A stretch of 64,000 nt of DNA from Pavona decussata (taxonomy: Eukaryota): NCBI GenBank assembly GCA_977016875.1, contig CDRNST010000057.1, forward strand, positions 496,001 through 560,000, read 5' to 3'. The translations under genes and the position numbers were made by a program. The notes under the pieces are model-generated. The model searched no databases, was not told the DNA's origin, and saw only the letters and a program-made list of their open reading frames with translations. Of this stretch, positions 13,201 to 24,800 are shown piece by piece (position 1 is the first letter of the stretch; every line of letters starts with the position of its first letter).

Positions 13201-16200
13201 CAAAATACTTGGGAAACAATTGTTATTCTTGAAATACTAAATGCTGTAATGTAAAGAAAAATTCATAGTTCATACCGTCAATAAACTAGGGAAATGTGTA
13301 CAGGAATTCTGAAATCTCGTTCGCCATGTTCAAAACTGGCATGTAAATTTCAAACTCCATTCAAATTTGAAAAATACCTGTCATACGTGACGTGGATTGA
13401 CTGTAAGGTGCACATATTTCTAGAACACACAGTTGGTACTGGTTGTAACTGCATCTGCCTTACATAGACTTATAGTTCTCCATTTTATGAAAGCTAATGG
13501 CTAAGATGATCTCTCCTTTAGAAAAGCACAAAGATTCCGAACGGCTACTCAAACAGTTGAGAATAGATGAGCGACGATGGAAAGCTGCAGACCTTGATCA
13601 AGATAACAAACTATCAAATGAAGAATACCATGCTTTTTTCCAGCCTTGGGAACACGATCACATGCATGGTGTTGCTGCACTGGAAAACCTTGAAGATTTA
13701 GACAAAGATAAGGATGGACGGGTCTCTTTAGAGGAGTACTTAGGTGCGTAAGCTGTTTTTGAAGTAAAGCATTTCCACTTTTGTTGGTTCCGTTCTTCTA
13801 CAATTTTTCCGAAACTCCAAAGAATCTGAAATAGATTTAATTATGGTAAATTGGATCAATAAATTTATTATAGTTTATTAATCTGGATGAGAGTCTTAAG
13901 TCCATGATTAAATTTATTTGACTCTCATCGAGATTTATTACTATATTGATGGGAACCAATTTACCATTGGCATATACTCCATCATCAGTTAGTGCATTAA
14001 GCAATGATTTTGCTCTACAAATGTTCATGAAAACTTTTCATGAATTCCCCACCCCCTCTGCTGAGCTATTGAGCCCTTTCCTCTACTACCACTACTACTC
14101 CACCAGATACAAAATTGTGGTTGTCCAATTCAAGAGACAATGCCACTGTTCCCACTTTTGGGTTGCCTTCCTGATCTCCTTGGGCATTAATGGAGTCTTT
14201 GTATGGGGCCCTGTAGATGTAGTCAAGAGACAAGGGGTGAGTTGCATAACAGTAAACATCGAGCGTAAACGCTATCATCAGATGTTAAAATACTAAATGT
14301 GACTGGGCTGAAGATCTGGTGTTAGCAGTTACGCCCGAGGTCTTTGAGTATCTGATCTTCCTTTTCCTACATATCAAATGGGTTGAATGTGAGTTCTGAC
14401 CACACTTAGAGCTTTTTCTCCAAGTGTCAGATGTTTTACAATGGTACTGTGCTCAGTGTGCTGTGCCTTTTAAAAAGTTTGGGAAAGCCCTATGTTTTGT
14501 AAAAGATGTCCCCGGACTAACAACATTGTGTATGCTAGGTTAGAAGTTTTTCAAACTTTTCTGTGCGTTTTTATGAGCATTTTGGGGTTTTCAAAATTAT
14601 GCCAAGTCTAATTTAATGGGTAAATGTACCAGTTGCTTTTTTTTTTTTGATACAGTGGATTGGTTCAAAGGTGGGGGTGGGGGGTTGCAACTGATTTTCG
14701 AACAGTAAAAATACAAAGCTGGTGTTATTCATATATCTTGTACAGTATGCATTTTTCTATTAACTAAGCTTAATTAAGTTGTGTAGGGATTAACTCACTA
14801 ATTACCTAAAAACATTTCATTTTCTCAGGTGAACTTCATGGGAAAAAAGAAAGTGAGTTGAGTGAGACGGAACTCAAACAGAGAGAAGCAGACAAGGAGT
14901 ATTTCCATTCCAATCATGATGCAAATAAAGATGGCTACATGGACAAGGTAATGGTTAATGTTCTACTAATGTAATGTCATTGGTGGGCTGGGTGGGAGGA
15001 CTGCAGGGACTAAGTTAATGAATTTTAAAAAAAACCTCTCTTTCCTCAGTTCCTGCCCCATGCTGGGGCTCTGAATAAATTCTAGAGACTTACATGTAAA
15101 GGGGCCATGATACACAGTAGTAGAGTTAAGAAAAAAAACAGGCAGTTTATGGTTCAGCTAATAATATCATTCAAGTTGTGTTTGCATCGCTTCAAGTGGA
15201 TTTATTTTCCCCCAAAATTTCAAAAAATATTATTTTGAATCTCTGTACGAAAATCTAACCAGAGAAGCGCCCGAATCTGGCCTGGCATTTCAGCCAGAAA
15301 ACAGCTACACAGGGCTGACATTATTTGCTTTCTCATCAAAACCCATCTGATCATTCTGTTGATATGATGCAGCTACCTGCCCTGTGAAAAGCACACGCCA
15401 AGCAGAGGTTACATGTAAATGTTTTGTTGTTGTTGTTGTTGTTGTTTTTAGACAACCGCAAGAAGTTAGAATTTACTTGAGTTTATACACCTGCTATAAG
15501 TGATTCAAAAATAACAATTAAAAGAAAAGTTCCTTTCTCCACTTACAATCAAAATAGTCTGATTAATGTAGTAAGTAATATCAGTGTTAATTTTTCACAG
15601 GATGAAGTGAAGGATTGGGTGTTTCCTACAAGTTATGACTATCTTGCAGCAGAAGCTAATCACCTCATTTACCACGCTGATTCTGATGGGGTATGTAGAC
15701 CCCGTGGAAAATATCTCAAACCCTCTGCAGTGTTTGCCAGAAACGGAACCCGTTAAGTCCCAGTAGAGACCAGCAACTACATTGTAATAATAAATTATTA
15801 TTATTTCTCCTTACCGTATCACTACACAGTATTCTCAACATGTTCACACACTACTTTTGCACCTTACCCTAAGTCCCACATTTGCATTGCTTACACATGT
15901 ACATGTTAATTTGGCCATGTGGCAACGGCAGTCACAGCCACTACTATCCTTTTGCTTGATTTTACACACGTCCTTGCAAGTGCAATAATTCAGTTCTCCT
16001 TTTTCCAAGTCTTGAGTTTGAGGTTTCCAGTAGCTCAGCTTCAATATTGGATCAAGTTGTTAAACAGCAGCTTTAATAATTATTATCCTTCAGACACCAA
16101 AAACATGAACTAATGACTTACCGTTCATTTTTTCACGTTAGTTGCTAACCTTCTTTTAACCCTTCTACGGAAATATTCAAACTAATATACTGTTCACCAT

Positions 16201-16609
16201 AGTCTCACATATAAGCCACCATTAATGATTGATCCCAAAATAACAAAAAATGCATGCAAAACATGCATTCAACAGAGTCTTAAAGGAAAAGATCACCAAA
16301 GATAAAATGCATTGATGTTGACACAAATACTCCCAACTGGCCATGGTGCCATATAGAGTTATGAAGGAGAATATGTATGTGGATGTTGTAAATTTCACTC
16401 TCTTTTATTATCCCTGATAGAAATAAGTGATCATTCACGGTCAATAATCTGATTTCAGGTAATTTAATCACTTATCTTTTTTAAAATTTTTTTCATCTAC
16501 TCAGGACAAGCAGTTGACAAAGGATGAGATCCTCGACAAGTATGACTTCTTTGTAGGTAGCAGAGCAACCAACTATGGTGCAGATTTGACAAGGCATGAC
16601 GAATTTTGA
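10268..16609 (+). CDS. CALU: Calumenin-like protein, divergent tandem paralog (copy 2), 336 aa with signal peptide
   Basis: Exons 10268-10497, 12748-12992, 13522-13743, 14829-14947, 15601-15690, 16505-16609 (1011 nt, phases consistent). Signal peptide [23 protein letters not shown] motif [25 protein letters not shown] loops, C-terminal RHDEF*. The last three exons have the same lengths as in copy 1 (119/90/105). Confidence 0.93.
11344..11876. mobile_element. Non-autonomous TIR element with poly-C/poly-G subtermini
   Basis: ATGCATCAGTTATTTCCAACAGTGCCCA / TGGGCACAGCTGGAAATGACTGATGCAT; internal AAATGCCCC repeats. Confidence 0.85.
11937..12538. mobile_element. TTAA-flanked non-autonomous element (Kolobok-like)
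   Basis: TTAA-AGTGCTACTGCGAC ... GTTCACGGTATCACT-TTAA, imperfect TIRs. Confidence 0.6.
13052..13405. mobile_element. Tc1/mariner-type MITE, copy B
   Basis: TA-CAGTTAATCCATGTTA ... TGACGTGGATTGACTG-TA; shares a long internal sequence with 4530-4873. Confidence 0.8.
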
Positions 16610-16911
16610 ATTATGAATTCAAGATCATTTTTATATCTACTAACTGGACATGTTGGCATATATTTTATAAAAAAAAATGTAGTACTTTTTTTAATCTTTT
16701 TAAGCTGAATTCTTATCAATTATTGTTCCAGGAATTGATTTTGGTAGATTTTCTTACAGAGATATTTTTGTAATGGAAGAAAAATGGAACTTTTTTTCCA
16801 GAGCTCTCAAGAATACCCCAATTTACAGTAGGCCTGCCGTTTTGAGTTGATGTGAGGCTGGAGTAAACTTTGTTTCGATAGAAACCCTAGTAATTTTCAA
16901 ATGTGATTGTC

Positions 16912-17063
16912 AATAGGTTGATTGCATTGCTGCCATGTTGGTGCCAACACAAAAGAAATTTTGCTCACATAGTTTGCATGAAAATGGAAGTTAACTCCCA
17001 GAGGAGAAAAATCTTATTGCTCCTTACCACCAACATAGCTGCCATGACGTAACGTGCAATCAA
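16912..17063. mobile_element. MITE; second, truncated copy at ~58465-58587
   Basis: GTTGATTGCA..TGCAATCAAC ends; both copies share the core TTTGCTCACATAGTTTGCAT.AAAATGG.AGTTAACTCC. Confidence 0.7.
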
Positions 17064-18739
17064 CGTGAGTAGCGAGCTTTGTGTCACCTCCAGCCTCCCT
17101 TCCATGCAAAGACCAGGTCACTAAGCACCCAACTGTAAACTGTTGTTGGAAAATGTGAAGTGCAGTGAAATTAAAAGTGGAAGATGTTGTTGCTGTATCT
17201 GGCAAGCTAAGAATTAAAACTGCAGAGCTTTTTGGAACAACAATCTTCTGTTGTTTTTGTGTGGCTGCTGTTGAGTGCTAACTGGGGGTGCTAAATTGAT
17301 TATATATGAACCTGAAAGTTTTCGAGAACATGGCATACTTGGACCATGCAGACAGAGCCCACCATTTTGCACAGAGACAGTTGAGCAAGTAGAATATGAA
17401 AATTGCATTTTCCGCGCTAAGTTCACAACACGCTGGGGGTTATAGCCTGTGAGCAAGCTCTCACGGTGGGAAGACGTGTAACATACACTTCTTCGGCGCT
17501 AGTTTCTTGTTTAAGCTGAGGATTAGATTCAGATGAGCTTTTCGAGATCCATGAGAGAATGAAAAGTTTGGGGTGAATGCTCCTGCAAAATAGCCTCAAA
17601 ATGTCTCATTTTCCTTAGTGATAGCGTTATGTGGCAGTAACTTCCTTTTGTTAAAAAAACCCCGCGTGTCGAAACTGACGAAACCAAAAACTGCGAAGTT
17701 CCTCTGATGAAAATGTAAATTTTTAGGCTACAGGGTACAAGTTAATAATGACAAACGCTTCAGTCGTTATTTAACGGCAGGTTTATTTGGAACTGCTCTT
17801 CATTCAAGTTTAAATAAAACACGTATAAATTCTCTCATTCGATTTTATAACTATATCGAAAACTGTTGGCAGATCATAATCTGCTTATTAAGTCAGTAAA
17901 TTGAAATTAATTTATCCTCTTTTAGTTTTTATTTTACAACCTTTCAGTAAACCAGGGCACATCTATTTAATATTTCTTCAGTATTGGCCCCTATGTGAAG
18001 TATAAATTCATTGGTCAAAAACACGTCACGTGACGTATTCATCGTCGTCCTTCCGAGACAGTCCATTCGGGAATCTCCTTTCCGGGGTGAAATACGCGAG
18101 CTCGATAGAGTTCAAAGAGAAAACTCTACGCGAGGAATTGGGTGCGCGCTCGCACGTTCAGCTTCAAGCAAATAACCCTCGCAAAGCCCAGCTTGCCTAC
18201 GCCTTTTTTGAACAAACTGATATACTGCATTCGTAATTATAATAATTGTTTTCGTGCCGAAAACGCAGCGAATCTTCTATAAAACTGCGTCTAAACATGA
18301 CATTTTAGTGTTGAGATATCCGTGAACGTGAACCGTAGCTACTGTCGAGTAGCTTCGTACTAATTATGGAATGTAGCTACTATATTTCTTCTTCAACACA
18401 AATGTTCGACTATCTTCTTGAGGTTTACTTAGTTAGATGAAAAGAAGAAGCATAATGCTTGAGGAAACAAGTCATTCTTGTCTTTTGCCGGAGCGGTGTC
18501 CTGCCGGGGCGTGATCGAAAATTGCAACTAGTATAGTAGTTTGTTTGCGTTCTCAGAGCGGTGAAATACGAATTCATATTGATAGTTGAAAACATTCCTA
18601 TCGGTTTCCAAAGCTCCGAAATACGATGGGAAATCTCGCAAACAAATGAAGAACGCCTTTGACTAGATAGAAGTAAGCCTGGTGGGTCTGCTTAGTTTCC
18701 GTCTCGGCGTTCTTGCTGGTCTCGTTTTGGGAGCTGATT

Positions 18740-19310
18740 GTTCCGAGTTGCCGATGTCCAACTCCTTCCTGTACAAAGAGAAACAAAGTATTTATCGCTC
18801 AGTGTATTACATTAAAAATGAAAAAGAATCCTTCCCCACTATTACAAGCAACAAAAGTCTGCTCCTTTGAGTATTGAAAATGATTAATCAGTGCTGTAAG
18901 AAATATGCATTTCGATTGAGCAAAGTGAACCGGCTTTGTCAAAAAAAGTCAAATTACCAAGATTCAAGAAATGCTTCTGTGACTGCATGATAAACTGTTT
19001 TACCAAGCATTGTTTCCGAAATGCACGGGTAGAATACGACCTTAACATGGCTTTTGAAAACATTAACATCGTTGACAGAGCAAAACATTACCATAAAAAA
19101 ATACTTATGGAAGCGTGGTATTCCGCCGCAGAGACCCCAGATCAGGAAATGACCACGTCGACATTCCTGACATTTACGCTTCCCTTTATAATTTGCCGTT
19201 TCCTTGAGCAATTTTCACTTTTATAATTCTTTGTTATGTTTTTCACACCATCTAACAGATGTAGACCTAACTGCTCTTATAAGGTTTAATTGTTTTCACA
19301 AAACGTTTGC
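18740..19310 (+). mobile_element. Decayed Penelope-like element, 3' end (GIY-YIG endonuclease remnant)
   Basis: ORF 18936-19226 contains ..YDLNMAFENINIVDRAKHYHKKILMEAWYS, which resembles the C-terminus of Penelope-like GIY-YIG domains (H.IDW.N..I.D....KR..LEAW). Upstream SFLYKEK..SVYYI is in another frame. A degraded ..AAAACGTTTG pseudo-LTR-like motif lies at ~19275-19310. Confidence 0.6.
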
Positions 19311-19807
19311 CATTAGCGTTTTTTAAGCCAGTGTTAAAACATTTTTAGATATTTTTATGTTACTGTAATTTGACGTTATTTGAGAGACTAACATTAAACC
19401 AGTTTGCATTTTTCCAATCATCCAGTAGGAACCAGAATGTTTCCCTACGTACATTATAACAACAACATACTTACAGACGCGCGATGTCATTGTCTGTCGG
19501 GCTGTATCCATTTTTCCGTCTTCTGTTTCCATTTTGGAGGCTTGTGTTGAGGCTTATGACCATCGAGACGAGTTCTTCTTTCTAAAGTCAAAGGGAAAAA
19601 TGCGAATTTAAGCATAAATATTGCACATATACAATATTATTCGAGGTTTAGTGATGACAGAATGATAGAGTACTGCAGGTGAATTGTGAATTCCCTGGGG
19701 ATAAGGGACACTTGAGGCGGGAAGCTACGCCCCCTGTGCCAAGTCCCCCCTCCCGTTAGCTAACAATATACCGCCCTATACCAAACGCCACAAAAGCAAA
19801 AACAGAT

Positions 19808-21348
19808 TCAGTTTACCGATTTTTCCATGAGGCAGTCGAAATCTTTTGAGTCTTTAGCAATGACTTGAAGGCATGTGGGGCAAGTCGATGTTTCTGCTTC
19901 GCTGTCTGTTGTTTCTGTTTCTTTAAACCGCACCCTTTGTCTTTCGTTTGACAAATCTTGTGATGTCTTGGATCTTTTCCTTGTTGGCCCGGATAACAGA
20001 TCATCGTTCTGTTGAAGACCTTTTGCGCTGCTTAGTAATTCATTGTAGGCACATTTCCATTCTGTTTTTGGCTGCTGTGACAAAATTCCCCTGATATGAA
20101 TTGGCATAAAAATGCTTTCATGAGTTATCACTTTCGTAAACTGAAAACATTGAAATTCGTCCAAAATATGTTAAACTAAACAAGAACAAAGAGCCAGGTG
20201 GCAAAATTTGCTGACATCCTCAGTTCATATTTGTGATGGGACGCACAAATTTGAAAAGGTAACACACATTTTACCATCAACTGCATTGAACCTGAATGAA
20301 AAACAATTTATCTGCTCCACTATACCACAGTAATTAAATAAGTAAATACATTCAGTGGCTCATCCACTGTTTGGAATTTGGAAATGGCGTCAACGCCATA
20401 TTGGTGTGCTGGCCATCCCTCCCTGCCTCTCCGTGAGACAAAATGTGTGGAGACAAATTGTCCTTGCATGACCATCTCAGAGTGATCCCTGATTGCAATA
20501 ACTTGCCTACCTCTTGTTATCTTTGTGTTGCAAACGACAAGAATGAGTTGAGAATAGCGCTAAAATGCGCCTATTTTTACTCAGCCGTCCTATTACGTAT
20601 TGAACTTCCTTAAGTTGAACGGCTTTGTCATTCTCCTGAGGTATCGAGAAATCGAGGTTCTGTCGTATTAGCATTTCCTTCTGGAAGGAAGGTTGCCTCC
20701 CATCCCAGCATTTTGACACATGCACATACCTTGCTACAGATTCTTGTGAGATTGGTTCAGTTTTGCAGCTCTTTTCACGGCTGAGATACGCCTCCTTGTT
20801 ATTTCCTTGAGAATCTAGCGAAGAAAAGATTAAGTTCAACCAAACTGCTTTGGACCGATAATTTAACGGAGTCAAAGGGGCACTTTCGGAGGAACAATTT
20901 TCCCAACAATATTTTGAGGTTTTCTGTACGTTTGTGTCCCAAGAAACGCACCCAAGTTAGATCTATTATCTAACAGCATTCTTCGTAGTCTTGTAAAGCT
21001 AGTGTAAGCTTGGCTGTACTGATTTTCGACTTTAATTTCAGAATACAGTTGTTATTTCCTTTTCGGTAGTTTTGACGGTTATTTTCCAGATTATTTGACA
21101 TTTTCCTGTTGTTCAAAGATCGGAGTTACCAGTTGTGCTGTGGACAGGTTTGCCTACTCCTTTTACCTTGACTTGGGCCTCCTCGAGATTGAAAGCAAGG
21201 CAAGACACTTATCAGCCTCTTGGTTTCCCTTTCTATCTATTTTCTTTGAACAGTTGTGTTGTTCTTTCTTGTTAGTGTATTTTGGCAAAACCAATTCTTA
21301 TCTCTGGTTGGGACCATCTGGCCTTGGTTGAATTAGAGTCGTAAACAT
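19808..21348 (-). pseudogene. Possible decayed multi-exon protein-coding gene (unknown family)
   Basis: Minus-strand acceptor (cctttctttatag, plus-strand 21361-21373) is followed by ATG at 21348 and a protein-like K/Q/E-rich frame broken by scattered stops. It continues into ORFs 20507-20875 and 19808-20164, which are bounded by donor- and acceptor-like sites. The phases do not fit cleanly. Confidence 0.3.
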
Positions 21349-21790
21349 GTTTACAGCACACTATAAAGAAAGGCGTGATTTGAGTGATACTCGTAGAATA
21401 GACGTAGAATGAAGTAGCATTGTTGTAGAGTTGATGTAGTGAAGAAACAGTTCTTAAAGAATAAAGAAGAGCTACAAAGATTACTGGAGCCTCTCTGTTA
21501 AGCCAAGCGAGCGTTCTACGGTAAAGTTTTAAGTCTACTTAAAAACAGGCCAGTTGACATCTAATTTAGCTAAATAATCAGCTTGTGTTGAACGCCTTTA
21601 CACACCGGATTCAAACCCGGTATCAGGCATTAGTTGACAGTTAAAACTTACTGTCTAAGCTAAGCGTCCTTTGAGAAAAAGGCTCAATTAAAGATCCATC
21701 TTTTAAATCGTCAAACGACAAACGGATAACATACAGGAGAATTGAAATTAAATTACAGTTTCTTCCGGACAAAAATTAGGTTGTGATAAG

Positions 21791-21791
<1 letters not shown>

Positions 21792-21828
<37 letters not shown>

Positions 21829-21888
21829 GTCGTCATCATCATCATCATCATCGTTATCACCATCATTATCATCATCATCATCTTCATT
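21792..21888. repeat. (CAT)n microsatellite, imperfect
   Basis: About 32 CAT/CGT units; produces the poly-Met ORF artefact at 21753-22037. Confidence 0.95.
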
Positions 21889-24800
21889 GAGAGTACCGTC
21901 ATCATCAACAAGAACCCCTTTTCACGCTGATTTTGTATGCCGGGAAAAACAACCAAACATAATAGAAAAGAATTCAAATAAAACTGGTATAACTGGCTGC
22001 CAATACTCCAACAAACCAAGCGTCTTGAAATTACCAACTGTTTCGACTACACTTCACGCACGCGCAACCCCTAGCGTTATGGAAGACCTCACAAGGAGTA
22101 TCCCTTTCAGACTTGATGGTGACGGGATTGGAAAATTGTTTAATCACACCGTGACGGCTTTTGCATACAGAAGTAATTTACTTTGACACTTAAATTGAAA
22201 AACGAAAACAAAAACAACAAAACGCAGCTAAAATTATTTTAAAGCGTCTGGTAGACTGACTGTGGCGAATTTGCCCAATTAATTTTCTCTCCGATTGGCA
22301 AAGTAATTTTTATGAAAACGATATAAAAGGTAATGACTCGCAGTTGCCTAATAATCCGTCCGTTTCAAATTTGGCTACGAAGCTGCTTTCATTTCGTTTA
22401 TCTTTTCAATATTTCATTTTGTCCCTCGTACTTTTTTCATTACTTGCCATATCGTGGTATTATTTATAGTTTGTTAAAGAAATCTATGATTATCATCTTT
22501 AAGGTTTCAGCGTTGAATAGTTTGCGCTTTACCCGTCACCCATGAAAATTAATCTGTACTAAAATTTGAAACACTAAAAATATGTCCTGCGTATTTTTTT
22601 TTTTTTTAAGTTCGGATTGAAGTTGCCGCTCTTCCTTTCAGCATCTTCTTCCCAAAAAAGAATTAAAATGCTCTTCGTTTTAATTTATAAAACCAATGAG
22701 CTTAGTCGGAAAGATCTTATCTGATGTATACTTGATACAATTCAAACACTCATTTTTCACCCAGTTTCCTAAGGAAAAATTCTTTCGAAAGCGAAAATTC
22801 ATAGGTTGTGACTGATGGTTGATTTATTTTGTAGATAGAAAAAAATTGTGAAAAATACCAAGTCCCTGAAATTTCTTATGCCATTTAGTTTATTTATGCA
22901 ACGCTATTAGCGGATTAGAGAGGCCGACACTACTCTGGGATGAGCTTTTGAGGTTAACAAGGTTTCTCGTAGACTCTTCCTTCAAAGATAAAACCACAAA
23001 AAGCGCGGATGTCGCGGCAGCGCAGAAATACATGTATGAAACACGCTTAAGCCGGAAGTTTAAATTACACACGCGCGCATACGTACAATATAGAGGCGGA
23101 ATACACTCTATAGAAAAACCAAAACAATTTAAATTTTGTGATGGCGAGTTCACAACTCAACCAGCCGGCCCTCGACCACCAACTCTTATATGCACTATTA
23201 GCAGTCAATTAGCCTTTTTCATGGGGTTTCTCGTCGGTCCGTCAAGCCTTGTTCAGCCTGATTCTCGCTTTCTGAGCTCTCAGCACACCGCTTCCGTGCA
23301 TTAACTATGCCATCGACATCAACGATCAAGTCGAGCGCATTTTAATAATCCGCTGTTTCAATTAAGTTTTGTGCAACCTGGAGAAAACAGACAAAGGCAG
23401 CAACTTACCTGGATTGAAAACTAACGCGTGAAATTTGTAGACTTTCCCGTTAACTTTATCCAAACGAACTGAGCACGAATCAGCGACGGCTGAAAACATG
23501 GCTTGCGTGGCTCGCGTGTTCAATCCTTCTTTATTTGTCGGCGACAATTCCATCAACTCCCTCCTGTAGCTCGTTACGAATAAATCAATTTGCAAATGGC
23601 TGCGAATAAAGAAAAGCTGTTAGGCCAGGGAAATTTGTCATAATGATGAACGGATGAAATTACCTTCACTTGCAAACCATCATGATCATATCATGCATTA
23701 AAACCGCATATCACACGCCGACCGCAAGTTTTCCACGATTACGTAGGCCTAAGGCAGTATCAAACTGATAAGAGTGCTCTCTGGAAGGGCATGCGGGTCC
23801 CTAAAACGGCAAACCCGCCGCAACCTCCGGGCATTTTCTAATAAATCGAACGAAAATAACAAACATATCCTTTCTTCGAGCTCTCTTCATAGACAGCAAA
23901 AATAAGCTAGTCTGAAACGTGCTAAAAGGAACTACTAACCTCTTATGATCTCGGAGGAAGTCTTTACGTTAGGGAAATCACTATGTACTTCTCTTTTTCC
24001 GTCTTTGGAACAAGTTTAATAGGACTTTATCCTTTATTGTTGAAAAAAAAACCCAATTTTTCCCATTTCATCATCGCGTTCTTTTAGTATAATTAAAGAA
24101 AAGATAAATACGTTGTCACTGCTAAACCGTTTCTGTCAATTCTTTAAAGACACCTGCCCCGACGTTTTCTGGCTCGGTAAACAGACGCCAGGTAAAATGG
24201 AAATTGTATTTAAACGGTCACGAATTCATAGAGAAAAATTGTTGTGAATCTTAATCAGGCATGCAAGCAAGACCTGAGGTCAAACCTTGTCGTTGATAAA
24301 ATATTGGACTACTATGCATGTTATACTGGACTAGAATCTTTTTGTTCTACGATTAATTACAGAACTTTGAGTCATTGGAGTGTCTCATAAGACCGCTAAG
24401 TGTCCTTTTTCTTATCTATTAACAGTGAAGGGCCGAAAAGGAAATGACGCTTTGATCAAAACTCAAACCCTAAACGCTCACTATACTATGATAATATTGG
24501 TTTTTGCGCAACTTTTGACTGGCATTACTTCTGCAGCAAACTCGAGGCGTGAATCGCAAATTTTCCGAACGTCCGTGTCCAAACTAAACTGTTGTACAAT
24601 CGTGCAAATTCGCACGAAGAATAAAACGGCTTTAAACACATACGAAGAATGAAGAAACAAAGTTGAATGACTTCATTGCTGCCGTTTGATTAATATCGCC
24701 TCCGTAAACCGTTCTGGTGCCACGCCAAGATATGTTGAAGTAAATATCGACTGTTGCCACTGACATGCGCCTCCGATGTTATTGCACTCTGCCATATTGA

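Noticed and set aside
21753-22037. Poly-Met ORF
   Set aside because: Translation artefact of the (CAT)n microsatellite.
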